64,000 nt of DNA from the human T2T-CHM13v2.0 reference genome, Homo sapiens: assembly GCF_009914755.1 (NCBI RefSeq), contig NC_060930.1. One strand, given 5' to 3'. Every line of letters begins with the position of its first letter. Positions within the stretch are counted from its first letter, which is position 1. Shown here piece after piece: positions 13,521-31,255 of the stretch. Position numbers and translations under genes: made by a program. A model generated the notes under the pieces. The model did not search any database. It was given only the letters and a program-made list of their open reading frames with translations, and was not told where the DNA came from.

Positions 13521-14893
13521 TAGTTCGAGGGAAGTTTACGTTTTAAATTTGCTGCTATTATGTTATTTAATTTTCCCCTTATTCTTCACTATAAAAGTGC
13601 AATTCCAAGAATATTTTTATTATTTAAACTTTTTGATTAATCAAATTTGAGTGCACAAGAGTTCAAGTTGTAGTTCTGTATTTTTTTCCTTCATAGGTTT
13701 AGCATTTCTGATTGCAGAATTTCAAAAAATGGCTTTATTAGCATCTTTTAATATTTTCATTTTACTAGATTATTTCCTCTAGAACCAGGCTACTCAAGAG
13801 CAGGGAGACAGAGTTTAAGCCCCTGCAGGTATAAATCACTTCTCTGCATAAGAGGGCACTCAACAAATGTTTCCACTAGATTTGTTACCCCTATAATATT
13901 TATAGTGCTCATGGGAAGCATTTTATAAAATTAAATGAGAACAAAATACTAAATACATTTCGGACTCCACCTGTTAGCTGTCCTAATTGTATATTTTTGG
14001 GCTTTCTTCATCCACAGTTATCTTTCTTTTATGGGATATATGAAACAAATGTTTGACTTTCTTATTGTGACATTATTATATGTTTGTATTCTATTTCCTG
14101 AAGGCTCTACAAACATAGTTCTTCACCTATATATCTTATGCTCCAGATTTCTAGGCAGAGACAAAGTGTATGTAATTTTGTCTGTATTGCATCAAATAGT
14201 GACCCTGAATAATTTTTACATGTTGCTGTTAGCAGTGAGCATGCAAAGCTTCCTTATAAGAAAATCATTGGGATAATGAAGAGTAAATGATTGAACATGA
14301 ACCTTTTCTTTTCCTTTAAGAAAAAAATAGAAGAAAATTTAGCTTATTTCTTCTAAAGTAAGAGTGGTATCTTGAGCTAGAATGTTTGTGTATCAATGAC
14401 GAACAGTGCTTTTTCTTAAGACTGGAGCATGTATTATTCAGGATATCGGGACATCAAATGCACAACATTTGGAGTCTAAATTCTGCACTTGGTTGTACTA
14501 CTAACCAATTGTGTGATCTTTGACAAGTCCCTTCCCGTTCTTAGCCTTAATTTCTATCTCTAAGTAGAGATGGAAAGAAGGAATAGGGAACCTCTGTGAT
14601 CTCCCCTGATTATAAATCTTTATGATTCTGTTGTTCTCTTCTAGGGTTGCCAAAAACACCCAATGGAGAAAATGACCTAACCCTGGATTAGTGACTAGGA
14701 ATTTGTTTAACAACTATTCTACAAGCACCTATGATCCATTGGTGCTTTAAAATTGTGACAGCACAGCAATGCTCCCCTCAAGGGCAAGTCATTCCCATTT
14801 AAGTAGATATGCATAATGAATTGCTGTGAGAAAACAAGTGACAGTTTTAATTTTAAAAACAACAACAATAACAACAACAACAAAAAAGCTTAC

Positions 14894-14999
14894 CTGGGCA
14901 CCACCTGCACTTTCCCAAACTGTGAAGCTCTGGAACAGAGTGGTGCCAGTGACATTATCCCAAGGTGGCTGAAATTTAGGGTATACAAAGAGACCATAC
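14894..14999 (-). CDS. PKHD1: PKHD1 exon 45 (106 nt): [35 protein letters not shown]
   Basis: Acceptor ctttttag|G and donor CAG|gtaagc. Phase 2-0. Confidence 0.96.
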
Positions 15000-15374
15000 C
15001 TAAAAAGTGAAACAGAATGAAATTAAGCCAATTTTTATGTTTCTAACTTTCTACTTTTTCTTGTTGAAAAATACAAAGTAAAAGTAATGTATTAGGGAGA
15101 ATGAAGGTAGATGGAATCTGTGACCCTCCCCCTAACTGTTCTTGCCTACCCCTCAGCCCTCCCACTTTTACCCTCTGTGACCTGCTCCCGAATCCCAACA
15201 AAATGCAGATTACTCCAGAGCCCAAGCCTAGCAGCCTCCCAGGGGCTCTGCATATTTGGAAGTTTAATTGCTCTCTCTATTGAATTATCTCTGGCCACAA
15301 AAGGTACATTCTGTCCTTCTGCCTTTTCATGTGACTCTCTTCTCTTTACCATCGAACTGTTATGATCTAGAAAA

Positions 15375-16030
15375 TAATGCTAACACAATTATATACAAAA
15401 GCCAAGACATAGAGGCAGCCAAGATGTCCATCAATAGGTTAATGGCTGGGGAAAATGTGGTGTATATTTGCAATGGAATATTATTCAGCCTTTAAAGAGA
15501 AGGAAATCCTGCCATTTGTGACAATACAGATAAACCTGGGGGACACTGTGCTGGGTGAGGTAAACCAGACACAGAAGGGCAATAGTACATCATATCATTT
15601 AAATGAGAAATCTAAAATATTCAAACTTATAGAAGCAGAGAGTAGAATGGTGGTTGGCAGGGGCTGGAAGGAGGGGAAAATGGGAAGTATTAGTCAAAGG
15701 GTACAAAGTTTCAGCTATGCAAAATGAATAAGTCCTAGAGATATACAGTATGGCAAAATGCCAAAGTATAGAATACAGCAAAATTAACAATACTATATTC
15801 TATACTTAAAAATTTGCTAAGAGGTCAGATTTTGTGTCAAACGTTCTTACAGTAATAATAATAATTCAAATAAAGAGGCTCTGGAGGAAAACTTTTAGAG
15901 GTGATAGATATGTTTGTGACACAGATGGTGATGATGGTTGCAGGGGTGTATACTTATCTCCAAACTCATCAAGTTGCATACATTAAATATGGACAGCTTT
16001 TTGTATGTCAATTATACCTCAAAAAAGCAG
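15375..16030 (+). mobile_element. L1MA-type 3' end
   Basis: AAAATGTGGTGTATAT...GAAATCCTGCCATTTGTGACA...GTCAATTATACCTC. Approximate. Confidence 0.7.
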
Positions 16031-16159
16031 TTTCAGAAAATGCACAGGAACATCACCCAATCTCCAACAAATGCCCAAAGTGCTCTCATTGTGAGCATTC
16101 TACAGTAAAATGTGAAATCATAAGACAGCCAAAACATAGATGAATTTCCCCAAAGTTAC

Positions 16160-16272
16160 CTGGTACAAGAATGTGCAATGTTCTGAGTGAAGGAAAGAAG
16201 CGGAGCTTGTGATGTTTGGTTGGTCATGAGATGGAAAAAGTAGCCATAGCCAGCACCACACACTCTGTTCCC
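16160..16272 (-). CDS. PKHD1: PKHD1 exon 44 (113 nt): [37 protein letters not shown]
   Basis: Acceptor tttctgtag|GGG and donor CAG|gtaact. Phase 0-2. Confidence 0.96.
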
Positions 16273-16446
16273 CTACAGAAATTAAGAAGAGTTAAAAAAT
16301 AGTTACCCCATGTATGATAAGGTTGCTGGAAAGAAAGACTCTTGTTTGTACTCATCCCAATTTTATATTCACTTTCTGCCAAAGTACATTAAAACTCTAT
16401 TATAGACTCATTTATTCTTTTTTTTTCCTTTTGGGAACAAAAATAG

Positions 16447-16875
16447 TGATATGGTTTGGATTTGTCCCCCTGCCCATATCTCAGGTTGAATTGTAATCCC
16501 CAGTATTGGAGGTAGGGCCTGGTGGGAGGTGACTGGATCACGGGGTCAGTTTCTCGTGAATGGTTTAGCACTGTCCCCCCTTAGTACTGTCCTCACCATA
16601 GTAAGTGAGTTCTCATGAGATCTGGTAGTTTAAAAGTGTACAGCACCTTGTGGCTCCCACCTTGTCTTGCCTCTGTTCCTGCCATGTAAGTTGCCTGCTC
16701 CTGCTTTGCCTTCTGCCGTGAGTAAAGGCTCCCTGAGACCTGAGACCTCCCCAGAAATTGATGCTTCCATGTTTCCTGTATAGCCTGCAGAACCATGAGC
16801 CAATTAAACCTCTTTTCTTTATAAGTTACCCAGCCTCAGGTATTTCTTTATAGCAATGCGAGAATGAACTAATAA
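16447..16875 (+). mobile_element. MaLR solo LTR (MSTA/MSTB)
   Basis: TGATATGGTTTGG...AATTAAACCTCTTTTCTTTATAA...AGCAATGCGAGAATGAACTAATA. Lies about 175 bp from the exon 44 acceptor. Confidence 0.85.
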
Positions 16876-18455
16876 AAATATTGTCATTCTTCTTCCTCCA
16901 GCCAGCTCAACTAGACTGCAATTTGCCCATCTTAATAACTGGTATCTCATGCTCAAGCCTCTTTCTAAGCTTCCACAGTGAGTTTACTCATGACATCTAA
17001 AATTCTCCTCTTTGGTGAATGCAACAGTATATGGCAGCTCTCCAAGGCAAAGGTGTACCTTGAAGTCAAGCCTACACAATGTGTTCTCTCTGGCTCTTTG
17101 AACAACTCAATGATTTGTCTATTGGCTGAAGGCCACATGATTGGACCAGTCATGACTTAGTACCAAGACAGGGTGACTGAGTACAACTACAACTCAAATC
17201 TCTTCAAAGTGCTCTTGTCCTGAATAGACTATTAAGTCGCCTTGATATTTCTTTATAGGTCTTACTATCTAAATAATTTCATGTATTTTATGTGTTCATA
17301 TAAAATCTGACTTCTCTCTCTTGGACCATATGAGTTTGGGGATCTAATTCTGATCAAACTGAACACAATGAGGTTATCTTTATAAATTCAATGAAGTACC
17401 TACAATATGTTCATCCCTATGTAACATAGACTTAAGACAAATTAAAAAACTGACTTCCTAAAGGTTTAAGACTGTACACAGATGTATTTTTTTTTGGCCT
17501 ACCCAATGTTCATATTTTTTTGGTTCCAACATGTTCAAACCAAGAGATTTAATAAAAAATTCAGACTTTCAGCTTTTCTGAGCCCAAATTCCTGTGAAGT
17601 AGCCACAGGTCAGGTGAAGATAAGAAGGGCCTTCCTTCTTGGACTGTGGATGATTTTTCCACAGTCCTCACCCTTCCTGGTTCACTCATTTATGATCCCT
17701 GCCTAGTCTCTGCAGTATTTGAATTTGCAACCTCAACTACAGGCAACAAAGTAAATAACATGTTGGCTATTCTATGAAAGTTTCTATTTCTGCTTTCCTG
17801 AATCACATCTGAGTTCTCTCAGTGTCACACGCTCACATCTTAAGGATCCCAAGCCTTCTCTTTATCATCAGGGAGAAAGAACTCTGAGAAAAATCGGGGC
17901 CCTATCAGGCTGCTGCACTGCAGTGATGCTATTAGTGGGAGGAACAAAGGGCCAATCGATCAAGCTATGAGACTACTTCCTATGTGCCCACGTGCATCTG
18001 ACCTCTCTCAGTCTGAGTGGTTGTCCAAAGTCAAGATGCCCATGTCTACCTGGAGAACAGAAGTTAAGGAATAGGCTGCTCAGGTGTAAGCCCTGTGCTA
18101 CATAGATGAAGGGAGTCTCCAAGGCTCCCACATGATTCAATCCTGATCACCTGGGGGTTTTCCATGGCCTGGCTGGTGCGAGACAAGGAATGTCTGGAGT
18201 ATCCTCCTTGGAAGTCACTCAATCCCGGGAACACAAACTATGGGGCTTGGAGAGCTCATCCTGAACACTGGCATTAGGGTCACAGTAAAGAGAATGGGGA
18301 GTCATAAGGACCATGACACTGTGCCACTCAACAAGACATTAAATGCCTTTCTTTAAAAAACAATACTTCAGTGCAGCCCTCTATGCAGGGCTCAGTGGGG
18401 ACTACGCTGTGAGCATCCCCTTGGAACAGTTTCTTAAACTTTCGTGTGCAACCTG

Positions 18456-18606
18456 GTAGAGTTGTCATATTTAGCAAATAAAAACACAGAATGCCCAGTG
18501 AAATTTAAATTTCAGATAAAAAATAAAATATTTTAGTATAAGTGTGTCGCAAACACTATCTGAAATTTAAATTTGACCAAATATGCTGTATTTTATCTGG
18601 CAGGCT
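18456..18606. mobile_element. MER53-like palindromic hAT MITE
   Basis: ATTTAGCAAATAAAAACACAGAATGCCCAGTGAAATTTAAATTTCAGATA, paired with the inverted arm TATCTGAAATTTAAATTTGAC. Confidence 0.7.
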
Positions 18607-19467
18607 TTACCTGGGGGTATATTAGCCAAAGGTTTTTAGATATTTTGATTTATTAGGGGGGTGATGAGGAAGGGATGAGGGACAGTATTCTTTACTCTTG
18701 GCCATCACAAGGTGCTCTGATAGGTCTGCTGCAGGTGATATTTTGACCCCATTTTGAGAACTACTTCTCTACAGGTGATTGAGAGAGTAACGCTAAGGGT
18801 TACTAACGTTCCTAGGAGACATTCAAAGAGGAGAGAGACACTAGAAAAACCACTTCCTGGTGAAGTTTTTTGCCATGAGTTGCTTTGGGAACCCACTGCA
18901 AATGGAAGCCACTGCTGAAAACTGAAGGAGGATAGAGACCTAGAAATCAGGGGGAGAATCCATTGCCAGGTACCCAGCAAAAATGCTGCCCAGCTCAGTG
19001 CAAGTTATATTTATGGTGGATTTTTTTTTTCCCTTAGAAGTATTTTTTTTTTAAGTAATGATGAGTAGAATAATAACACTCATAGTGAAAATCTACAGAG
19101 AAGGCACTACAGTCCAGGTACTGGATTTTAGAGTCTCATTTATTTTTACAATAGTTTTATGAGTTTTGTATTATTATTACAGTTTCATAGCAAAGAAACT
19201 GAAGCTCAGAGATGTTGAGTAACTTTCCCAAAGTCACAGAGCAAATAGTTGTCAGAGCCAGCTCCATCCAAGTCCAAGTCTGGAAAAGTTAGAGACTAGA
19301 GTAGAGAAATGAAGGTAGGACCCAAAGGCAGGATGCCCAATAATAGGGTGCAAGTGAAGAAACATAAACAAGAGAGTACAAAGAAAAGTCTTGTCACCCG
19401 GTCACAGACAGAACAGGCATTTGCTGTGGCCTCCCCAGTAGTGGAGACAATATATTGAACAACATCC

Positions 19468-19606
19468 TTTGCAGAAGTCAATGTATCATGGACATTCACG
19501 CAAGGGAAATTCCAGAGAGAAATTAACTGTCCAAGTAAGCCAGCTCCTAGAGGTGTGCATCTATAGTCACCAGAAAAAAAAAAAAAGTGAATTAATCCTT
19601 AAGGCA
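19468..19606 (+). repeat. Dispersed direct duplication, copy A1 (partner 22674-22806)
   Basis: About 135 bp, roughly 90% identical by eye. Confidence 0.92.
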
Positions 19607-20264
19607 CCGGAGGTAGTGTTTGATTTCTCCAAATCTGGAGAGCATCTTGCAGGCCAGATTTAACTAAGGAGTTGCTCTTTTCACACCCCAAATCCAGAGA
19701 ATGTAAAATCCTTCTCATTCTCACCACATGGGGAAAAAAGCATGCACAGCTTAGCGTGCACAGAGAGATACATGGGTAGGGGTGTGGGACATTTCTCAAG
19801 AGTAGGAAGAAGACATGACATTTTGAAGAGTACATTTAAGGAGGATGAGGGTTCTGGAATTTCAGCATTATGGAGATCAAGTGTTATTAAGGCTGAGACA
19901 TGTTGATGAGGACTGGCTTCTGACACAGGAATTTTGAGCAATGACAGATGAAAAGACTGAGATTATCTGCAGTTGTCATCTACTATCAGTGCAGACAGTA
20001 GGGCTATGGACTGAATGCAGACAAGGGTTAGAATTTAATGAGGAAGTTCTGACCCATCCAAGGACAGGGTCTTGCACTAGCCTTTCACACAGCTCAGGGA
20101 GTTTTACTACATTCTCAGTAAGGATGGATTGAGAGTGAGGACTCCATACCCTTTTACTTGTAGCTATTCTCCATTTCTTTATCCTTAGACTAAGTAAACT
20201 CATTTCATCCTATGGCTTCAGTCATTCTAGACTAATATTTTTATTGACTTTAATTTCCAAATGA

Positions 20265-20666
<402 letters not shown>

Positions 20667-20738
20667 TAGCGGCAACCCCAACAGGAGAAGAACTTAAAGA
20701 CCCTATTCCTTCCTGAATGTACCACATGTTCCACAAGG

Positions 20739-20740
<2 letters not shown>

Positions 20741-20776
<36 letters not shown>
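20741..20776. repeat. (CA)18 microsatellite
   Basis: Perfect dinucleotide run. Confidence 0.97.
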
Positions 20777-20777
<1 letters not shown>

Positions 20778-21378
20778 TCAGCCAAGCAAAGACAGTATGG
20801 GGGAGAAAACTGAAAAAGATTGCTCTTAACCCAATAACGCCCAATTCCCTGCCTTGTGTGACAGAAAGAACCAATGCCTTAACCCCTGGAGGCCTTCAGT
20901 TTTGGGGGAAGTGTGAGTCAGGGCCAGAGTTCCCCCTGAAACTAGAAGCCTGACCAGCAGGCAGCAGCCAGGACCTGGTCAGGGAGGCCAGCACATACTG
21001 ACACAATTGCCCCGGGCTGTTTATTTAGCTTTAGCTTCAATTCACTGTGGGTCCCAAAGGTTCTTACCCTGGGTATTTGTAAATAGACAGCCATTTCTTC
21101 CTCATTTTTCATTCGGTTACAGGATGTTTTGTTCCTTTGTGGACTAATTGGCCGAGTCACTCCTGCACTTCATTATTTTGGAGTCTGAGCAATTCTCCAA
21201 TTTCCTAAAAGCACTTAGAATTCTAATCACATGTCTCACCTATCACAGGGTGCTCACCAAAAGTGACTTTTGGATATCACTGAATATTAAGATGAATCAC
21301 TATCAAAGATGCCAACACGACTTCAAAGAATCAGGTCCATTTCTAAGACTTCAATGGTCTTAGGGTGGCCTAGTCTAG

Positions 21379-21598
21379 AGTGGTGGTTGTCAATCAGGGA
21401 TGACTTTGTTCCCTACGGAACATTTAACAGCCTCTGGATACATTTTTTATTGTAACAACTTGGAGGATGAAGAAGAGAGAAGAGGGCTACTGGTATTCAG
21501 TGCATAGATACCAGGGATGCTGTTATACAGAGGATAGGCTCGACAACAAGGAATTACCCAGCCCAAAATGTCAATATTGACGTAGTTGAGAAACCTTG
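21379..21598. mobile_element. MER20 (hAT-Charlie)
   Basis: AGTGGTTGTCAATCAGGGATGACTTTG...GAATTACCCAGCCCAAAATGTCAATA...GTTGAGAAACCTTG. Confidence 0.75.
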
Positions 21599-22673
21599 GT
21601 CTATAGTCTACACTAGAGTCACATATTAGCAAAATAACCCACACTCATTTTCCAGTATCCCATCTCCAAATTTTGATGGAAAGACAAGCCTAAATATGAA
21701 AACATGGTTAATTACAATAAGAATGCTTTAATAGTCTTTACTAGGAAACTATTGATATCATTTAAAACCATTAGATGAGGCATCAGGCATTCCCATTAAA
21801 AAAACATTTATTAGCATTAAATCAGCTATCTCAATTTTTCTCTTGTGCTAGAAAACAGAGTATGCACTCCTGCTTCTTGGCCTCAAGAAGAATCACTGTC
21901 TATTAGTTGGCAAATATAAGTGCCCAGTGTATCTCTTCAGCCCTTGTAAATATACAAAGAAATACCACAGCTGTTGTTCTCAGTCACGATTACACAACAC
22001 AAACTTTCCCCAGGGAAGTGAAACTCCACCTTCTCTAGGTGTGTCTCTCTATATCCACGAGCCTTGGGAAAGGTCAGCGGTACATAAGAACCGAGGGCCA
22101 GAGAAGGGGGCTTCTTAAACACCCACCTTGTCTGCAAGTATACAATGAGAAATGTGGACTGGAAGCTAAAAGTGATCATCTCACTTGTCCACACAGCTCT
22201 ATTTCATTACCAAGGAAATGCTATTTCATTACCAAGATTTTATGAGGAAAGAAAAGATTCTTAAATTTAAAAAATATATTCCAAGGACTGCATCCTTATT
22301 CATCACCTTTGCCAGCACAGATGCTCAGAAAGCACGTGTTTCCCTGAATAAATGGGTTTGTTGAATCATCTGCCCTAGTGCCATTAGCATTTATGGCACA
22401 TCTGGGTGATCACATATAAACACTTTCCAAGCGCATTTATAGGTGGGCAGGAGACTGCAACTTTGGTCCTCTGTTAGCTGATAAGACTCACTTTTCTTAC
22501 AAAAGAAGCACTTTAACAGTCAGATCGCATTCCTTCCTGGCCCTTCTTACTCTCAACTCCAATTGTGTATGCTACAAATGATTCATGAGGAAAAACCACA
22601 TATTTATGCAGGCAGCTGGCAGCTTGCGGGGAAAGTTTAAGGCAAGCAGGGAATTTTGTGTGGAAATCAATTA

Positions 22674-22806
22674 TTTGCGGAAGTCAATGTATTATGGACA
22701 TTCAAGCAAGAGAAATTCCAGAGAGAAATTAACTGCCCAAGTAAGCCAGCTCCTTGAGGTGTACATCTATAGTCACTAGAAAAAAAGTGAGTTAACCCTT
22801 CAGGCA
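22674..22806 (+). repeat. Dispersed direct duplication, copy A2 (partner 19468-19606)
   Basis: TTTGC(A/G)GAAGTCAATGTAT...GAAATTCCAGAGAGAAATTAACTG...CATCTATAGTCAC. Confidence 0.92.
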
Positions 22807-23906
22807 GCTCTTAAATATGCATTACCTATTGAGTGGGGAAAGCTTGAGAACTGAGGTTGGGCCTTTAAACAGAATTCCTTACAAAATTGATTCACAAACC
22901 AGAACAAATTCTCCTCAAATTAAATGCATGTCTCCAAAGGGCTCTTCTTCAGAGTTTTTCCACGGACTATCCTAAACAGGGGTCTGGTTATAGGAAATTT
23001 CCAACACCTACATAAACATGGGAGACTCTGAGCTCTGGAAGTGAACAGTCCCTTGCTGTTTGAGAGCAAAGACTTCCCAACCAGAGAGAATGAGAACAGA
23101 TTCACACAGGTTATGTCTTCTGGAAAGATGCAGCCTCTTGACAGATAACAAGGAGCTCCTGTCAAAGAAGTCCTAGACTCCGGAGCTGGAGCTGCTGAGG
23201 GAAGACAGCCTGAGGGTGAAGCGCTCTAAGAAGCTACAGGTGATACACAAAAGAACCACCACCAACTTGCTTTTGGAAAGCATGGCAAACGCCTATTTAA
23301 GAAATGTACCAGGGAATGCCACAGGCCCCTGGAGACTCAAGCACTTATCACCCATGGGTCCTCACTGGCAAGAAGGTACAAAGCTCAGGTTTTGCTTCTC
23401 AGTGAAACTGCCCTGGACTCACCTCAGCTGCAGGCTGGGCAGGGAGAGAAGCAGACCACCTGTGAACATCAAAACTAAAAAAGAATATCATATTTGAAAT
23501 TTACTTGCATCATGCCAGGTTGAATGTAAGTGAACTAGCAAGGTGACTGACTGCAAGCCCAGCTGAATTCCTTATGTTGTGGCTGAGAGTTTGGTCCCAG
23601 CTCTGCATCAGGGCAATTTGAGAATAATATAAAACCACAAACCATTGCACAGACTTAAGAATCATTTCCCCTGCCTACCTACCTTCCAGGTCAGAGATTT
23701 CAAGGTCAGACTCAGGTATGTGAGGAGAGAGAGTTTAGGCTTTCAGAGTTGGTTGCCCAAACATGAAGATTAGGCCATCTTCTTCAAGTCTAAATAAATA
23801 CATTTGTTTAATTAATACTATCATACCAATGTCAATGTCCTGGCCTTGGTACAGCTCCATGACTATGGTTATCGTTATGTTATCATTGGAGGGAGCTAGA
23901 TGAAGA

Positions 23907-24006
23907 GCACATAGGAATTCTCTTATTTATGCAGCTTCTCGTAAGTCTGAAATTATTTTAAAATTAAAAGTTTAAAATAACAACAAAGAAAAATCCTAAT
24001 TAATCA
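23907..24006 (+). repeat. Dispersed direct duplication, copy B1 (3' end of an old L1M plus flank; partner 31256-31352)
   Basis: GCACATAGGAA...GTAAGTCTGAAATTATTTTAAAATTAAAAGTTTAAAATAACAACAAA...TCCTAATTA. Confidence 0.9.
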
Positions 24007-24199
24007 CAATTTTCTATCACATCTCTTTCTGTTCCACATATTATACACATACACACAAATACATGCACATACATACACACACACCTTGTTATTGTGGAAG
24101 CCTCCTTATTATCCCTTTGGAATAAAGGTATATTTCTAAAATATGTTCTTCAAAGTACTCTGTATATCATCCATACAGGACACAATTAACACTAACTCA

Positions 24200-24300
24200 G
24201 CCAAGAATGGTGGCTCACACCTGTAATTCCAATCCTTTGGGAAGCCAAAGTGGGGAGATCACTTGAGACCAAGAGTTTGAGACTCGCCTAGGGAACACAG
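24200..24300 (+). mobile_element. Alu left monomer (FLAM/AluJ fragment)
   Basis: GGTGGCTCACACCTGTAAT...GATCACTTGAGACCAAGAGTTTGAGAC. Confidence 0.75.
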
Positions 24301-24691
24301 GTTTTTTTCACGTATACCCAGTTACCACCTATGTCTTTAAGTAATGGCACATCACAGACAATAGAATGCAAAAAAAGACTGAATAACAGAAAGCCAATGG
24401 CACAACTGAAAAACTGGACTAGACTTTGCAAGATTTAATGCTGATAGCCCAACAGAATCTAAATGCTTCCACTGACTAAACTTATTTTTCAGTCATCAAA
24501 ATGATTTTAGAACTTTGGAACTTGTTCTTTACTTTCCTTTTTCTTCCCCCACATAATTTGGTTATAGGTTTATACCTTCATTCGTTATATTAAATACATT
24601 TTTTTTTGAGCAACTACCATGTTTTAGAAATTGTGCTAGTGTCTAAAGGCTAATGAAAATAGAATTAGAACTTTAAGGTCACCGGAGGAGC

Positions 24692-24702
24692 CAAGATGGC
24701 CG
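24692..24702 (+). promoter_or_regulatory. YY1 site of the L1 internal promoter
   Basis: CAAGATGGCCG is intact at the L1 5' end, followed by a CpG-containing 5'UTR. Confidence 0.75.
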
Positions 24703-24886
24703 AATAGGAACAGCTCCGGTCTACAGCTCCCAGTGTGAGCGACGCAGAAGACAGGTGATTTCTGCATTTCCATCTGAGGTACCGGGTTCATCTCACTAGG
24801 GAGTGCCAGACAGTGGGCGCAGGTCAGTGGGTGCGCCCACCGTGCACAAGCCGAAGCAGGGTGAGGCATTGCCTCACTCGGGAAGC

Positions 24887-25132
24887 TCAAGGGGTCAGGG
24901 AGTTCCCTTTCCTAGTCAAACAAAGGGGTGATGGACGGCACCTGGAAAATCGGGTCACTCCCACCCGAATACTGCGCTTTTCCGACGGGCTTAAAAAACG
25001 GCGCACCACAAGATTATATCCCGCACCTGGCTCAGAGGGTCCTATGCCCACGGAGTCTCGCTGATTGCTAGCACAGCAGTCTGAGATCAAACTGCAAGTC
25101 GGTAGCCAGGCTGGAGGAGGGGCGCCCACCAT
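24887..25132 (-). CDS. L1 ORF0 (81 aa, MVGAPPPAWLPTCSLISDCCASNQRDSVG...), open, downstream of the L1 antisense promoter
   Basis: ATG at 25132 in a strong context (GCAATGG). Peptide resembles primate L1 ORF0. Internal donors CAG|gtgcgg (nt 106) and CAG|gtgccg (nt 191) are intact. Expression is not shown by the sequence. Confidence 0.7.
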   Translation of the reverse strand: MVGAPPPAWLPTCSLISDCCASNQRDSVGIGPSEPGAGYNLVVRRFLSPSEKRSIRVGVTRFSRCRPSPLCLTRKGNSLTP

Positions 25133-25583
25133 TGCCCAGGCTCGCTTAGGTAAACAAAGCAGCCCGGAAGCTCGAACTGGGTGGAGCCCACCACAGCTCA
25201 AGGAGGCCTGCCTGCCTCTCTAGGCTCCACCTCTGGGGGCAGGGCACAGACAAACAGACAGCAGTAACCTCTGCAGACTTAAATGTCCCTGTCTGACAGC
25301 TTTGAAGAGAGCAGTGGTTCTCCCAGCATGCAGCTGGAGATCTGAGAACGGGCAGACTGCCTCCTCAAGTGGGTCCCTGACCCCTGACCCCCGAGCAGCC
25401 TAACTGGGAGGCACCCCCCAACAGGGGCACACTGACACCTCACACGGCAGGGTACTCCAACAGACCTGCAGCTGAGGGTCCTGTCTGTTAAAAGGAAAAC
25501 TAACAAACAGAAAGGACATCCACACCAAAAACCCATCTGTACATCACCATCATCAAAGACCAAAAGTAGATAAAACCACAAAG

Positions 25584-26599
25584 ATGGGGAAAAAACAGAA
25601 CAGAAAAACTGGAAACTCTAAAAAGCAGAGCACCTCTCCTCCTCCAAAGGAACGCAGTTCCTCACCAGCAACGGAACAAAGCTGGACGGAGAATGACTTT
25701 GACGAGCTGAGAGAAGAAGGCTTCAGACGATCAAATTACTCCAAGCTACGGGAGGACATTCAAACCAAAGGCAAAGAAGTTGAAAACTTTGAAAAAAATT
25801 TAGAAGAATGTATAACTAGAATAACCAATACAGAGAAGTGCTTAAAGGAGCTGATGGAGCTGAAAACCAAGGCTCGAGAACTACGTGAAGAATGCAGAAG
25901 CCTCAGGAGCCATGCGATCAACTGGAAGAAAGGGTATCAGCGATGGAAGATGAAGTGAATGAAATGAAGCGAGAAGGGAAGTTTAGAGAAAAAAGAATAA
26001 AAAGAAATGAGCAAAGCCTCCAAGAAATATGGGACTATGTGAAAAGACCAAATCTACGTCTGATTGGTGTACCTGAAAGTGATGGGGAGAATGGAACCAA
26101 GTTGGAAAACACTCTGCAGGATATTATCCAGGAGAACTTCCCCAATCTAGCAAGGCAGGCCAACGTTCAGATTCAGGAAATAGAGAGAACGCCACAAAGA
26201 TATTCATCGAGAAGAGCAACTCCAAGACACATAATTGTCAGATTCACCAAAGTTGAAATGAAGGGAAAAATGTTAAGGGCAGCCAGAGAGAAAGGTCAGG
26301 TTACCCTCAAAGGGAAGCCCATCAGACTAACAGCGGATCTCTTGGCAGAAACCCTACAAGCCAGAAGAGTGTGGGGGCCAATATTCAACATTCTTAAAGA
26401 AAAGAATTTTCAACCCAGAATTTCATATCCAGCCAAACGAAGCCTCATAAGTGAAGGAGAAATAAAATCCTTTACAGACAAGCAAATGCTGAGAGATTTT
26501 GTCACCACCAGGCCTGCCCTAAAAGAGCTCCTGAAGGAAGCACTAAACATGGAAAGGAACAACCAGTACCAGCCACTGCAAAATCATGCCAAAATGTAA
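25584..26599 (+). pseudogene. L1 ORF1p, frameshifted near 25910
   Basis: Split between ORFs 25584..25958 (MGKKQNRKTGNSK...) and 25892..26599 (...QNHAKM) by a 1-nt deletion. Confidence 0.93.
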
Positions 26600-26635
26600 A
26601 GACCATGGAGACTAGGAAGAAACTGCATCAACTAA

Positions 26636-30491
<3,856 letters not shown>

Positions 30492-31255
30492 ACAATGAGA
30501 TCACATGGACACAGGAAGGGGAACATCACACTCTGGGGACTGTTGTGGGGTGGGGGGAGTGGGGAGGAATAGCACTGGGAGATATACCTAGTGCTAGATG
30601 ACAAGTTAGTGGGTACAGCGCACCAGCATGGCACATGTATACATATGTAACTAACATGCACAATGTGCTCATGTACCCTAAAACTTAAAGTATAATAATA
30701 AAAGAAAAAAAAACTTAAAAAAAAAAAAAAGAACTTTAAGGTCACCAAGGATAAATATGTCAGGAATATACCTAATGTATCTACATTACCAGTTTAACCT
30801 AAAACTCCATTCTCAAAACATATGCATTGTATTTTTTTTCTAATTTTGTAAAGCAGATACAAGAGTAAGAAAGTAAATGAAGGGAAATGGAAAGCGTTGG
30901 AGGGAGAGCAAGCAGCTAGTTGCAGACTCAATTTTTCCATTGCTGACTGGGTATTATTCTACAGGTCATTTTGCAAAGGCTCACACCACCCACAGCTTTT
31001 CAGATTACCCTCTGGTTCTCTGCACCTGCAGCCAGCTCAACCCTTCTTCTTGTCAGCCAGTGGCCAGCACTCCGTCCAGCAGACCACATACTACCCAGTG
31101 AGACAAGGACATTCCAGCTTCACACAGCAGGGTGAGCTGGGCAACCCTGAGGGTTTACTTTCCTCCAGGCATTTGATGTAGTCAACATTATGCTACCCAG
31201 AAAAGTACACAAAAACATGGTTTCTTAAGCCCAAAAGCTTACAGACATAGAAAGG

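Noticed and set aside
13264-13650. 128-aa hydrophobic ORF
   Set aside because: It is the T-rich antisense strand of an old L1 fragment, with a non-ATG start and no splice support.
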